Shown here one piece after another: positions 53,016 through 64,000 of a stretch of 64,000 nt of DNA. The first letter of the stretch is position 1; each line of letters starts with the position of its first letter. Source of the DNA: Podarcis filfolensis (Eukaryota); assembly GCA_964270895.1 (NCBI GenBank), contig OZ185450.1; one strand, given 5' to 3'. The notes below the pieces were generated by a model, which saw only the letters and a program-made list of their open reading frames with translations, searched no databases and was not told the origin of the DNA. The translations under genes were made by a program, and so were the position numbers.

Positions 53016-56000
53016 TATACATAAGAAGCCAGCTGCTGAATCAGGCCAGGGGCCCATCTCGCTCATCACCCTGTTCTTATAGCGACCACCCAGATGCCTG
53101 GGGGAAGTTTGGAAGCAGGACCTGAATGCTACAGCATTCTTCCCTCCTCACCACCTCAAGAGAAGGACATAAGTTGAGAAGCTCCTAGATTGCTCTAAGG
53201 GAAAGTGTAGTGTAGTCAAACCAGCCTGTGAAACTGCTCTGAACCAAGACTGCTTCCTGCAGTTGGTCAGACTGCCTTGTTTATAAAATCTTACACCAGA
53301 AATCCTGCACTCAAAATTCCCTACAAGACCCCTCTCCAGCTATCTCTGAGCAGCCACTGCCTTAAAACTGGACCTGCAGCAACGCCTCTACAGCTTCTAT
53401 ATCACTCCTTAGTCCACCCATCCTCATATAATTGGTCAATGCATTCCACTGGTACTTTGGATGACTTTTGCAACACCCCTATCTTCTTGTTTCAACTTTT
53501 TGAGCTGTTGTTTTGCCTGTCTAAGTTTCCACAAATCCTATGATCGCTCTTAAGAAGGTAGGAAATGGAATCCTACTTTCTATCATGGCCTACGGAGACA
53601 GTGGATATTGCAGCCTCAACATGTTCCCCAAAACAAGATTCCTTGAAGGTACCTGCTTTTAAAGTGTACCCTGATCCAGATCCTCAGAGTGGGTTCCTGT
53701 GATTTGAATCGCATAGTTGTGAATTATTTCCTAGCTGCGTGGCAATGATGGGCAAAAGCAGTACTTGGTGTTAATGCAGCCCTTAAAAGGAAATGAATCT
53801 TTACAAAGTCTGGAGCCCAGTGACAATGGCTGAAGCCACATGGACCCGTTGGACTCAGGCAGAGGTCAGGAACTTGTGACCCACCAACAACAACCTTGAC
53901 CATTGGCCATGCTAGCTGGGGTTGATGGGAACAGAGAGTCCAACAAAATCTGAATGGCCACATGTTCCCAATTTCTGGGCTAGGGAACCTTACAGAAAGG
54001 CAGAATGTGGTGGTCTGTCTTTTTAATTGCAGAGAAACCGGTTACGCAGGAGTTGGGCTTCCAGTGACCGAGGCACAAACTTTTCTTTGGTGTAGATATT
54101 AGAAGAGAATGTCTGTGTGGTTGTGGTGGTATGGTTGCTACAACAAAATGCACTGTGTACAGAAATTTGATCGCAAGCAGGCAGATTGCTTGGGTAGTGA
54201 ATGCCGTCTCCCACCGATCCCTTAGACAAGCTGGGAGGGGGGAGAATATGTCTGGGTCTTTGCCTGGGCCTTGTTTGCTGAAGAGTCTCATTGTTCCAGT
54301 TGCTTAGGGCTCCTGTTTTATTGGCCCAGGCAAGTCGCTAATGAGAGATGAGAGGATGCAGGGATTCCATGGCAGATGAGACCGGGTGGGTGCTTGTGGG
54401 GCTGGCAGTTCCCACAGTTTTTCTGACTGTCCTCTTGGGAGACAATGAAAGGAATGTCTCCTATGGTTAAAGTAGCTGTTGACATCCTATGTTCTTTGGG
54501 GCACTGGATTTAAAACTAGGAGGGATTAATCTGATGCAGTCAGAACTTCTGTTAGCATGTGTGCCCCTAACCACCCCCTTTCTCATTCATTTCAACAATG
54601 AGCTGAGCAAACAACTGGCTCTTCAATCCATTCCTCTGTCCCTGATCATCAGCTCAGCCTCTCCTCCACCTGCTAAGATTTGGACCACCATAAATCACCT
54701 AGGAATGGCTGTGTTGATTTCAGCAAAAATAAATAAATGGGAGGGCAGGTACACATCAGTAAATGAATGTATAAGCTGCCTTTCCATCTTGAACAGAAGA
54801 TCCAAAGGTCACATGTTGGAAACAGAGAAATAGAAAGAGCAAAAGTAGCCAGTTCGTGAGCTGAAATCAGTCAAGGGAGTGATGCTGTTTGACTGATGAA
54901 ACTCATTGCAACAATAGCCAGTGTGTTGAGCCACAGCTTGGTGGCATTGTGTGTGCGCAGGCATGAGACATGGACATGTTTAGCCCCTGGCTAAATCTCC
55001 ATTTAAAGCAGGAATCACAGCATTCACAGAACTTACCTAGGCAGCATTTAAGGGTATTGCAAGAAGGACTTGCAAGCAACCTAGAGCCATGGCTACAGGC
55101 TCTGTCTGTAGAGCCATTATTAGCTCCACTTTTCCATACCGGATTAGACAGTTTCCCAGTCTTTTCAGGCAAACTCTATCCCCAAGGAAGAAGAAGAAGA
55201 AGAGAAGAAGAAGGAAAAAGCCCAAGGGTGACAAAGGGGGTGGGGTGGGGTATCATTAGTAATAACTTGTGGTGCAGTAATTTTGGACTATTGTCTTACA
55301 GTGACAACACTTTTTAGACAGTGATGTGTATAATTCACTTCACTTCAAGCTATGGGAAACCAGTCCTCTGTTTATGCCAACTTGCCTGCTCATGTTGCTA
55401 AGTGGGACCCTGGATGCCTGTTCCAAAGTCTTGATGATGCCACTGGCAAGAGTTGTGGTGCTCTGACTGGGTGAAGATTTCTGCACATGGTTCTTGGGTA
55501 TATGAATTTTGGGGTGATTTACATCACATGCTCAAGAGAGCTCTTAAAATTATCCTTCTCCCTGGACCATACCATATCAGACAGTGGGATGTGGGGGTTG
55601 AACTGCCTGGGTGAATACTCTCTCCCACCCACAAATTTCAGGGTAGAGAAGAACTAATGCAGCCTAGCAAATGACAAGAATTCTTACCTTGGTAGGAGAT
55701 TCTCTCACTTTCAGCATTCCAGGTGCTGTTGATGTGCAGGAGCATTCCAGTGTGCAACTGCTCCACCTCCAGTCCAATAATACAAAATAAGCTCTAAAGT
55801 GCAGCGTTCTTCCAGTGGCCCATCCGTTTTTGTTCCTTGGTGTTCAGGCCATTTATCACCACATTAGACCAGAGATTGACAATCAGTGGCCCTCAGGTGT
55901 GGTTGGACTCCAACTCCCATCAGCCCCAGCCCAAATGGTCCATGATGATGGGAGTTGGAATCCAAAACATCTGGAGAGTCACAGGTTCCCCACTAGATCC

Positions 56001-57842
56001 CAAAAAAGAATCTTCTTCACCTCCAACAGCTAACCTATAGCCATTGACTTAGAAGTTGTCTCATATTTGTGCAAGAGATGGACGCAGCCATTCCCAAGGA
56101 GCAAAATAAATTTGCAAAGCCCTGAAATGGGTGCATGATACAATCACACTGGGGTTCCCAAACTGGGAAATTAGTCCCTTGGTTACCACACTTCTTCTTG
56201 GACCTGGGGCTCCAGATAGACTACCCAGCCTCCTTCAAAAGACAGTAAGGAAGAGGTGGTCTAAGAGTCTAGGCTGAGCAGAGACGTCAGACCCATTTCA
56301 ATAGATTCGTCCAACCATTTCCATCAAGCAAGACTGAACTGGAGGGGCGGCAGGGAGGGTATAGCTATGGCAAATAAATATTCCCTGAGTTGTTGTGGAT
56401 CAAACACAAAGGTGACTGTCAGCTAGTCACAAGGGGCAGACATGGGTAGAGCTGTGAGGGCAGCTTCTACTGCAAAGGCAATCACCACGAGACTTTTATT
56501 GCTCCTCTATCTCCAAAGGGCACCCATAAGAGTGAATTTAACTTGTAGGATGACCATTGGGGAGAAAGGATAGCATCTATCTCTACCAAAATGGCAAGAT
56601 CCGACCTGGGACTGTGCTTCTATATCTTTTAAATGGAGTTATTTAAATGCAGCACTTGACCTGACACCTGCTTTCTGCAGGCACTGGGTGCACAAGGGAG
56701 TTCCCTATGGGCAGGTCCCTTGTGCAGGCTAATCCAGAAGCCTTGGCTCTACTGCTCATCAGCTGCTCTTCTTTGCCAATACAAAACCATGAGTACACTT
56801 TAGGGCTTCTGATGGTACATTTGCAGCCACATTTCTACTTGCCCCACATCTTGTGGTGTCTGGCATCAGGCAGGTGGGTGTGGTTTTGGCCAAGTAAATG
56901 TGTTTAGGATCTGGATGGTAGGTTAGTTTGGGCCCTTTCTTTGGGCTCCTTCGCACTTCCCCTTGTCCCGTGCCTAGAAAGTATGGCTTTGAGCTGTTTT
57001 GCCTTTGCCCAGCAACTGTCCCCTGGAAAACCAGCACTTTAGCGATGATTTGGAACCAAGGACAATCTGTGGGAAAACCCAATTGCCCTTCGTTCCCATT
57101 CAGTGCTAAACCATGGGGGGGGGGGTTGGGGGGAGTGGTGGGGCAAACAGAAATGTGGATGAGCCTTTGCACTCATGGAGATATCCATTCATCGGAAAAA
57201 TCAAAATTTTCAGTCAATGGCTCACAGATCCCATCACAATTGTCATTGTCTCCAAGAGGCAAACATCTTCTTGAGATAGGCAAAAACGACCTTTTCTTCA
57301 GCCTACTATATATCTTGCAAACTGAATGTGTTTGCTTAATGTCAGCTGAGGACTTAAACAAGTTCCACTTGGATGGGAGCTGTAGAAAACAGCTTGGTGG
57401 TTTCGATCTAGCCAGCAATTAGAGAAATAGGTCTGAGGTTTAAAGCAGGCTGGCAGCCAAGTAAACTAAAAAAAAAACCCACCTAAGACAAATATTGAGT
57501 TAGAAGCAAGGTCTTGCTTTCCATTTCTGCAGTTGTAATTCGTGTAATGTTAAATAGCCACTTGCACCTTTTGGTTTGAACCCAACTGTCAGAGAAACAG
57601 GGTTTTAGTGGCAGAGCACATGGGCCACATGCAGAAGGTCCCAGGTTCTGTCCCCAGCATCTCCAAATGGGATTTGGACACTCCTGAAACTCTAAGGTGG
57701 TGCTGCCAGTCAGTGCAAATGGAGGGGTAGCAAATGTGATGCTTTCCAAATGCTATGTACTGCATGTTTCCATCAGCCTCAGGCAGCATAGCCAATAGCC
57801 AGGAGTGATTAATGTTTTTATCGAGGGAACACCGCGTAGGTT

Positions 57843-58097
57843 CCAGCATAGTGTAGTGGTTAAGAGCGGTAGTCTCGTAATCTGGGGAACCGGGTTCGCG
57901 TCTCTGCTCCTCCACATGCAGCTGCTGGGTGACCTTGGGCTATTCACACTTCTTTGAAGTCTCTCAACCCCACTCACCTCACAGAGTGCTTGTTGTAGGG
58001 GAGGAAGGAAAAGGAGATTGTTAGCCGCTTTGAGACTCCTTAGGGTAGTGATAAAGCGGGATATCAAATCCAAACTCCTCCTCCTCCTCCTCCTCCC
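57843..58097 (+). mobile_element. Young tRNA-derived SINE (same family as 5891-6145), with (CCT)n tail
   Basis: tRNA-like A and B boxes; high similarity to the other copy. Confidence 0.87.
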
Positions 58098-58983
58098 TGC
58101 CTCTGAAAATATATTGAGCTAGATGAATCAGCTGTCTGACGTGATACAATGCAACTTTCTATTAATCCAAAGCAACTGATCCTGATAGCAAGAGCTTCTG
58201 CTTCTCAGCAGATGGTGGCAGCTCTTTCCCTAGCACATCTTAAGGGTGGATTTAGCCTTAAAGGTGAAGCTGGAGTAACTAGACTCTCATCTAAATGAGT
58301 AACCTCTGAGATGCTGGAGGAAGAGAGGGGGTTAGGACTCTATCGTTTTCTAAAGGAGCCCAGGGATAACACACCTACTTAATATCCCAGGCACTTTCAG
58401 ATTCCTCCTTCTCCCACTAAGGAAAAAAAAGATTCCACACTGTCAGTGCATCAGACTGTTTAACAGCAGCGACCAATCATTAGCAATGGTTTTCTGCACA
58501 CCCACTAATGTACAAAGAAACCAGCATCTGTTGGATAAAAGGATTTTGTCCCAGGTCTCCCAGATGAGGTCTCTGAATCTTCAGCAACCACATGCAAACT
58601 AAAGTGGCACCTCTGAGGCTTCCCCATCATCATTCCTAGACCAGGAACTGCCCAGCCAGCTTCTACAAAGAGGAAGGAAAGAAGCACACCTCTTTCTCTA
58701 AGGAAGGCATCCTCCAGATTTTTCACAGGCTACCCCTTCTTTGCTGCAAGGAGCCTTTTGGTTCTGTGGCTAGTGCTTAGATGTGGCCTTCTGCTTTCAG
58801 AGAGGAAGAAGCTTCAGGGTCTGCGATGAGAGAGATCTTGCCTGATTCAAGGAGCAGTCTGATATCTCCCTCCAGTTTCCCCCAATCATTGCAATCCTTC
58901 CCCATATCACTGTCCTCCCCTTGTTGAGCTGAATAGCTCTCCCCAAGCTATTTTGACTACTGGGGAGTCACATTTCCTGGTGG

Positions 58984-59126
58984 TCACGGGGTGGCGGTCA
59001 CTGTGATTGTCACATTAACTGGAGGGTCGTCAGCGGTGGGATCTGGGACAGGCGCTGGAGCTGGGGCTTCTTCCTGGGCCACTGCCGAATCCTCTGGGGC
59101 TTCTGTACCCTCCCCGGGGCTAACCT
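58984..59126 (-). CDS. VSIG10L2: Terminal coding exon of a convergent gene, probably VSIG10L2 (EVSPGEGTEAPEDSAVAQEEAPAPAPVPDPTADDPPVNVTITVTATP*)
   Basis: Minus-strand acceptor tcttccttttacag| at 59127; 143 nt to TGA; phase matches the upstream exon. The exon is read from sequence; the gene name rests on recalled synteny and C-terminus and is unverified. Confidence 0.6.
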
Positions 59127-59166
59127 CTGTAAAAGGAAGAAACACATGCACAAAGTATATAAGGGA

Positions 59167-59415
59167 CAGTGGTACCTTGGGTTACAGACGCTTCAGGTTA
59201 CATATGCTTCAGGTTAAAGACTCTGCTAACCCAGAAATAGTACCTCGGGTTAAGAACTTTGCTTCAGGATGAGAGCAGAAATTGTGTGGCGACAGTGGCA
59301 GCGGCAGCGGCAGCCCCCGCCCCCGTTAGCTAAAGTGATGCTTCAGGTTAAGAACAGTTTCAAGTTAAGTACGAACCTCCGGAACGAATTAAGTACTTAA
59401 CCAGAAGTACCACTG
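59167..59415. mobile_element. Tigger/pogo-like MITE
   Basis: TIRs cagtggtaccttgggtta ... taaccagaagtaccactg|TA (left TA reads GA); internal gcttcaggtta repeats. Confidence 0.85.
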
Positions 59416-59949
59416 TACGGACAGGACAAAGTAACTCAAATCTAGTCTGGGGATGGTACTCACAAGACAGAGTTATAAAGAACTGGGAATTTCTCTGACA
59501 CAAGTGGCACAAATCCCCGCAAGGAAAAAGCAGGCCAAAATCTTATACTATTTCAGACCAAAAGTAGACGATACAAGGAACATGGAGAGCCTGCATTCTC
59601 ATGAATGGTCTGTCGGCCGTACCTGGCATGGGAAGGATATGGAAGCAAATGGAGGAGGGGAGGGAGTCGATCTGGCAACTGAGCTACAACAAGCCTGCAG
59701 GACGCCTGAGCGACACGTCTCTTGGGGAGTGATGCAGTGGCTCGGGCACCTGCAGGCTCCGCGCTGTCTGAAATGGCAACATGGGGCTTGTGGACTCTGT
59801 GGAGGTTCTGCGCAGCATGCTCTGCCCTGGCTTGCCCCGCCCCATGGATGGCTTGCCCCGTCCCCAGGTTTAGGGCATTTGCGCTGCCCCGGGTGCCCGA
59901 GCAGCTAGCTATGCCACTGCCTGTGAGCTGATGGGGGAAAGGCAGTCAA

Positions 59950-60420
59950 CAGGAGACGAAATGCAAAAAGATTTTAAAAGACTATTTATGTATGCGACAA
60001 CAGCCGCAAGAATGCTGCTCGTCCAGAAGTGAAAGGGAGAGAAAGTCCCAACCAAAGAAGAGTGGATAACCAAGATGATGGATTATGCCGAAATGGCAAA
60101 GATGACTGTGAAGATCAGACAACAAGATGATTTTTAAAAATTAGTTATGAGTGGGGAAAATATCTTAAAGACCACTGTAGATACTTAAAAACGTTAGCAG
60201 GATTGTTATCGCACTTATAGTGTAATATGATTTAAGGTAAAAAAGGAGATAAAACGGATTAGATAAATGTAGTTATATATAATAGAATGAAAAGGAAAAT
60301 TGGAAAGCGGGGGGGGGGGGAGTCCAGGGATCTAAGCAGTCCCAGATGTATAGAAATTGAAAATGTCTTAAATGTATAAGAATATTGTTTTTGAAAAATG
60401 AAATATATATTTTTTTAAAC
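59950..60420 (+). mobile_element. 5'-truncated L1-clade LINE (ORF2 C-terminus and 3' UTR)
   Basis: LFMYATTAARMLLVQK*KGEKVPTKEEWITKMMDYAEMAKMT; 13-bp TSD gaaaggcagtcaa (59937-59949 and 60421-60433). Confidence 0.85.
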
Positions 60421-60859
60421 GAAAGGCAGTCAATTGTTTCTGCCTATGTGCACATGATGTTCTATTCTAGAATCAATGGAAAGTGCATACTTGTGGGAGT
60501 TTTTTGGTTTTTTTAATGTAGCCCGCCCACGATCTAGACCTATTGCATGTTTTTTTTGCCCAGAAAAGTGCTTTTTGAGAAATAAGTCCCTTTCTGAAGA
60601 GAAGGACTCATTGCTATTTGATTCTGTATTATCCTGCCATGTGTCCATTTGGAAAGAAATGGAGGAAGTCCCGGCAACTGGGGGATATATCCACATCTGC
60701 GTAATGGCATTGTGAGTGGGCATATAACAAGAGTGCAACCTTCTTCATTCACTTGCCTCGTGTGCAGTAAGGAAAAGGCAGGGAAAATCTAATCAAAGGA
60801 AGGTTGTCAAATGTGTATCAAGTAGCCATGCCCAGCCTTGTAGACAGCAAGAACTAGAA

Positions 60860-60995
60860 CAGGCATTCCCAAACTCAGCCCTCCAGCTGTTTTGGGACTA
60901 CAACTCCCATCATCCCTAGCTAACAGGACCAGTGGTCAGGGATGATGGGAATTGTAGTCCAACAACAGCTGGCGGGCTGAGTTTGGGGATGCCTG
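60860..60995. mobile_element. Palindromic ~136-bp hAT-type MITE; degenerate relatives at ~443-551, ~24858-24985, ~51440-51570, ~52469-52603, ~53860-53977, ~55870-55995
   Basis: caggcattcccaaactcagccc ... gggctgagtttggggatgcctg TIRs; internal actacaactcccatcatccct/agggatgatgggaattgtagt arms; near-matching 8-bp flanks aactagaa/atttagaa. Confidence 0.85.
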
Positions 60996-61066
60996 ATTTA
61001 GAATAAACCTAGATTGAAAGCAGCATGTTGACAACTCCGAACAGAGAAAAGGTACATTTTGGTGCT

Positions 61067-61422
61067 GGGATGCGGGTGGAGCTGTGGGTTAAACCACAGA
61101 GCCTAGGACTTGCCGATCAGAAGGTCGGCGGTTCGAATCCCCACGACGGGGTGAGCTCCCATTGCTTGGTCCCAGCTCCTGCCAACCTAGCAGTTCGAAA
61201 GCACGTCAAAGTGCAAGTAGATAAATAGGTACCTCTCTGGCGGCAAGGTAAACAGCGTTTCTGTGTGCTGCTCTGGTTCGCCAGAAGCGGCTTAGTCATG
61301 CTGGCCACATGACCCGGAAGCTGTACACCGGCTCCCTCGGCCAATAAAGCAAGATGAGCGCCGCAACCCCAGAGTCGGCCACAACTGGACCTAATGGTCA
61401 GGGGTCCCTTCGCCTTTACCTT
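61067..61422 (+). mobile_element. Full-length Sauria SINE
   Basis: Perfect 14-bp TSD tacattttggtgct (61053-61066 and 61423-61436); acctttacctt tail. Confidence 0.93.
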
Positions 61423-62073
61423 TACATTTTGGTGCTACAAACATTTGCATATACAGGTCTCTGTAATTTTTTTGCTAGAATCTGTTACTGAGTTCCTTCC
61501 TTCTTTGGACCATTCATTGGATAGGGGCAAAAGGAAAACCTTACAAAAAGTAAGATGGGGAGAGATTTTCTGGAGAGAGGCCTGCCCCTTATCTCAATTA
61601 AACCTTTTGAGGTTGCCAAGGCTTTTCCATTTGGCCCCACATCATTTGCAGTTGTGTGAGGCTCCTGTCCTGTCTCTGTAATTTCTCCCCAGCATTGCCA
61701 CATCACTGCGTGTTGCATCCCTCCCAAGGCATTCCAGGAAGTGCGGCTCGTGGGAAGCAGCACGAGACTCTTCCCACGGGGCACACATCTTAGCAAGACC
61801 CAGTCAGGTGAGCTGCACCCACTTCTGAACACTTCAGAGAAATCCCTTCCCTCCCCCTTTGCAAAAGAACATGGGGCAGAGAACCAGCCCCTATTTTTGC
61901 AAGACGAGAGTGTTTGGGGAAAACAAGGAAGGGATTATTAACCCAGCCCTAGAATTCACAGGAACTCCTAGATCCGGCACTTTGTCCCAAAGAAATGCAG
62001 GTTTTGTGCTTGCAAGCAAACAGAAACAACACCTAAAAATGGCAAGTTGGGTGCAAGGAGTTTGTTTTGTATA

Positions 62074-62423
62074 AAGGTAAAGGGACCCCTGACCATTAGG
62101 TCCAGTCGCGGGTGACTCTGGGGTTGTGGCACTCATCTCTCTTTACCGTCCGAGGGAGCCAACGTACAGCTTCCGGGTCATGTGGCCAGCATGACTAAGC
62201 CGCTTCTGGCGAACCAGAGCAGCACACGGAAACGCTGTTTACCTTCCCGCCGGAGCGGTACCTATTTATCTACTTGCACTTTGACGTGCTTTCGAACTGC
62301 TAGGTTGGCAGGAGCAGGGACTGTGCAACGGGAGCTCACCCCATCGTGGGGATTTGAATCGCCGACCTTCTGATTGGCAAGTCCTAGGCTCTGTGATTTA
62401 ACCCACAGCGCCACCCGTGTCCC
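62074..62423 (-). mobile_element. Full-length Sauria SINE
   Basis: aaggtaaagggacccctgaccattaggtccag...ccacccgtgtccc; perfect 13-bp TSD tttgttttgtata (62061-62073 and 62424-62436). Confidence 0.93.
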
Positions 62424-63087
62424 TTTGTTTTGTATACATGTGCTCTTTTTGTGCACTTTGGGGAATGCAGTGACTCAGCATGACGATCAGAATTGTGGAA
62501 TGTGACTGAACAAAAGCAGGGCAGGAGGGCACTGAGACTTCTTATATTTTTCAATGAAAACCAAACTCTCGTCATACAAAATTCCGGCTTCAATTACAAA
62601 AAGAGAGAACAGATTCATGTGCCTAATTAGGAAAGTTGTATGATGCTGCCACTCCCAAAGAGGCAAGCTGCTGTTCAGTTTAAAAGAGAGCTTGCCTCTT
62701 CAAAACGGGGAATGGCAGTGACATTTATGTACTTATAAATAACCAACCATTTCCTTTCCAGAGAAACCAAGTGTCTGAATGGATAAACTGAGCCCGCTGG
62801 CTGCACTATGTCAAAGGACTTGTAAAATCTGCACTCATTGATCAGTGGTGCCTTGGTCCACACATGTGAGTCACCAGTTCCTGCTGTGGTTGCCAGTCCT
62901 CCAGAGCAGATTTTCAGAGGCACCATGGGTTTTCCAAAAAAAGGGATAACCACACCAGTCCTTCTCCTGGTGGGAGCTTCACATGAGTGGAACTCCACTT
63001 AGGGGATGCTCCCACAAGTAGAAGCCTAGTTTGGATGCAAGTCAACTTTATTAATCGGGTGATGGTGGAGGTATGCCATCGGTTTAC

Positions 63088-63212
63088 CTGCTGCTGTTTC
63101 CTCGGCTTCCGTGGAAGGCTCTCCAAGCTGCTCACTGGACCCTCCTTCCATCCCTGCTGCTGTCTCAGCATCTTCTGGAGTGCTGATATGCTCACGGGCT
63201 TCTCCGCCAGCC
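63088..63212 (-). CDS. VSIG10L2: Penultimate coding exon of the same gene (AGGEAREHISTPEDAETAAGMEGGSSEQLGEPSTEAEETAA)
   Basis: Minus-strand polypyrimidine tract and cccctttag| acceptor, CAG|gtaaac donor, 125 nt; splices in frame to 59126. Confidence 0.58.
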
Positions 63213-63275
63213 CTAAAGGGGAGTGTACACAAGAGACATAGAAGGAAAAAGTGAAGACACAGCTAGAAACATCTC

Positions 63276-63684
63276 TTTTTTTTCCAAGTGAATTTTTATT
63301 GTTTTCCTTACATATTCTTTTCCAACAAATTGTAATAGCACCATACATTCCCTTTGACTCTGCCGAGTCGCGACCCCCCTCCCTCCCCACAACTGGTATA
63401 TTTATCCTCTTGCCATCACGCACATCATTTCTCATATTGGTACTATTATACATTGGAGGTATTATGTCAATCCTGCTAGTGTCTTGACCTCTTTACAATT
63501 CTTCTTTAAATATTCAATAAATTTACTCCAGTTATTTTGGTATCTTTGATCTCCCTGGTCCCGGATCCTCCCTGACAGTTTGGCAACTTCTGCATATTCT
63601 GTCAACTTCGCCTGCCACTCCTGAATAGTTGGTATATCTTGTACTTTCCATCTTTGGGCCAGAAGGGTCCTTGCGGCAGCTGTA
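63276..63684 (-). mobile_element. 5'-truncated L1-clade LINE, 409 bp
   Basis: TAAARTLLAQRWKVQDIPTIQEWQAKLTEYAEVAKL...WSKFIEYL; T-run (poly-A tail) at 63276-63283; perfect 17-bp TSD acagctagaaacatctc (63259-63275 and 63685-63701). Confidence 0.9.
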
Positions 63685-63836
63685 ACAGCTAGAAACATCT
63701 CGAGTCTTTTGGCTCTCTCACATCCATACTATTCCTACGATCATGTCTTCACAATTTCGGTTCTTTAGACTTGGATGGAGGTTGGGCTTTTCTTGAGTGT
63801 TTTACTCTGGCAAGTGTCCAATATAAAATCTCCTAA

Positions 63837-63870
<34 letters not shown>

Positions 63871-64000
63871 TTTCAAATTTATACATTTCACTGATTTTGC
63901 AATCATTTCGACATTTCAAAACTTGAATTCCTTCCCCCTATTTCTGCGGTTCCTCAAATTTATTTTTAATATCTTCTGCATATCCAAATTAACTTAATTT

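Noticed and set aside
56230-56630. Possible very old minus-strand L2 RT fragment
   Set aside because: Resemblance too weak to support without an HMM search.
59453-59908. 151-aa ORF
   Set aside because: Runs through a GC-rich repeat-like segment antisense to the neighbour gene's intron; no domain evidence.
62914-63453. 179-aa minus-strand ORF as an independent gene
   Set aside because: Chimeric: it starts in the L1 3' UTR, crosses the TSD and polypyrimidine tract, and uses the alternative frame of the 125-nt exon.

Overview
Vertebrate genomic DNA, most likely a squamate and probably a lacertid lizard (inferred from Sauria-type SINEs, a BovB tail and lizard-type MITEs). The main feature is the complete coding region of CDON (CDO, Hedgehog co-receptor, Ig/FnIII family) on the + strand. 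I assembled 19 coding exons by hand, from ATG 17886 to TAA 47813-47815. All introns are GT-AG with matching phases, and the CDS totals 3783 nt = 1260 aa (signal peptide, 5 Ig, 3 FnIII, TM, cytoplasmic tail). The first ~17.8 kb is presumably intron 1; no promoter or CpG island is visible. A long 3' UTR with several poly(A) signals probably runs to ~51.6-53.0 kb. On the - strand, the last two coding exons of a convergent gene (63212-63088 and 59126-58984) encode an acidic tail ending VNVTITVTATP*, probably VSIG10L2 (recalled synteny and C-terminus; unverified). The rest is transposon-rich: Sauria SINEs and L1 3' fragments with TSDs, other tRNA-SINEs, L2/CR1/BovB/Penelope remnants, hAT and Tc1/Tigger-like MITEs, and several local duplications. 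I found no evidence of a novel multi-gene system. The best leads are: an apparently shifted CDON exon-19 donor with a read-through stop, a possibly relocated caspase site, a perfect 123-bp duplication with a fold-back junction, two reading frames open across the convergent gene's exons, and an inverted SINE pair plus a sense L1 poly(A) signal inside that gene. Comparisons with human proteins are from memory and must be verified; no searches were run.
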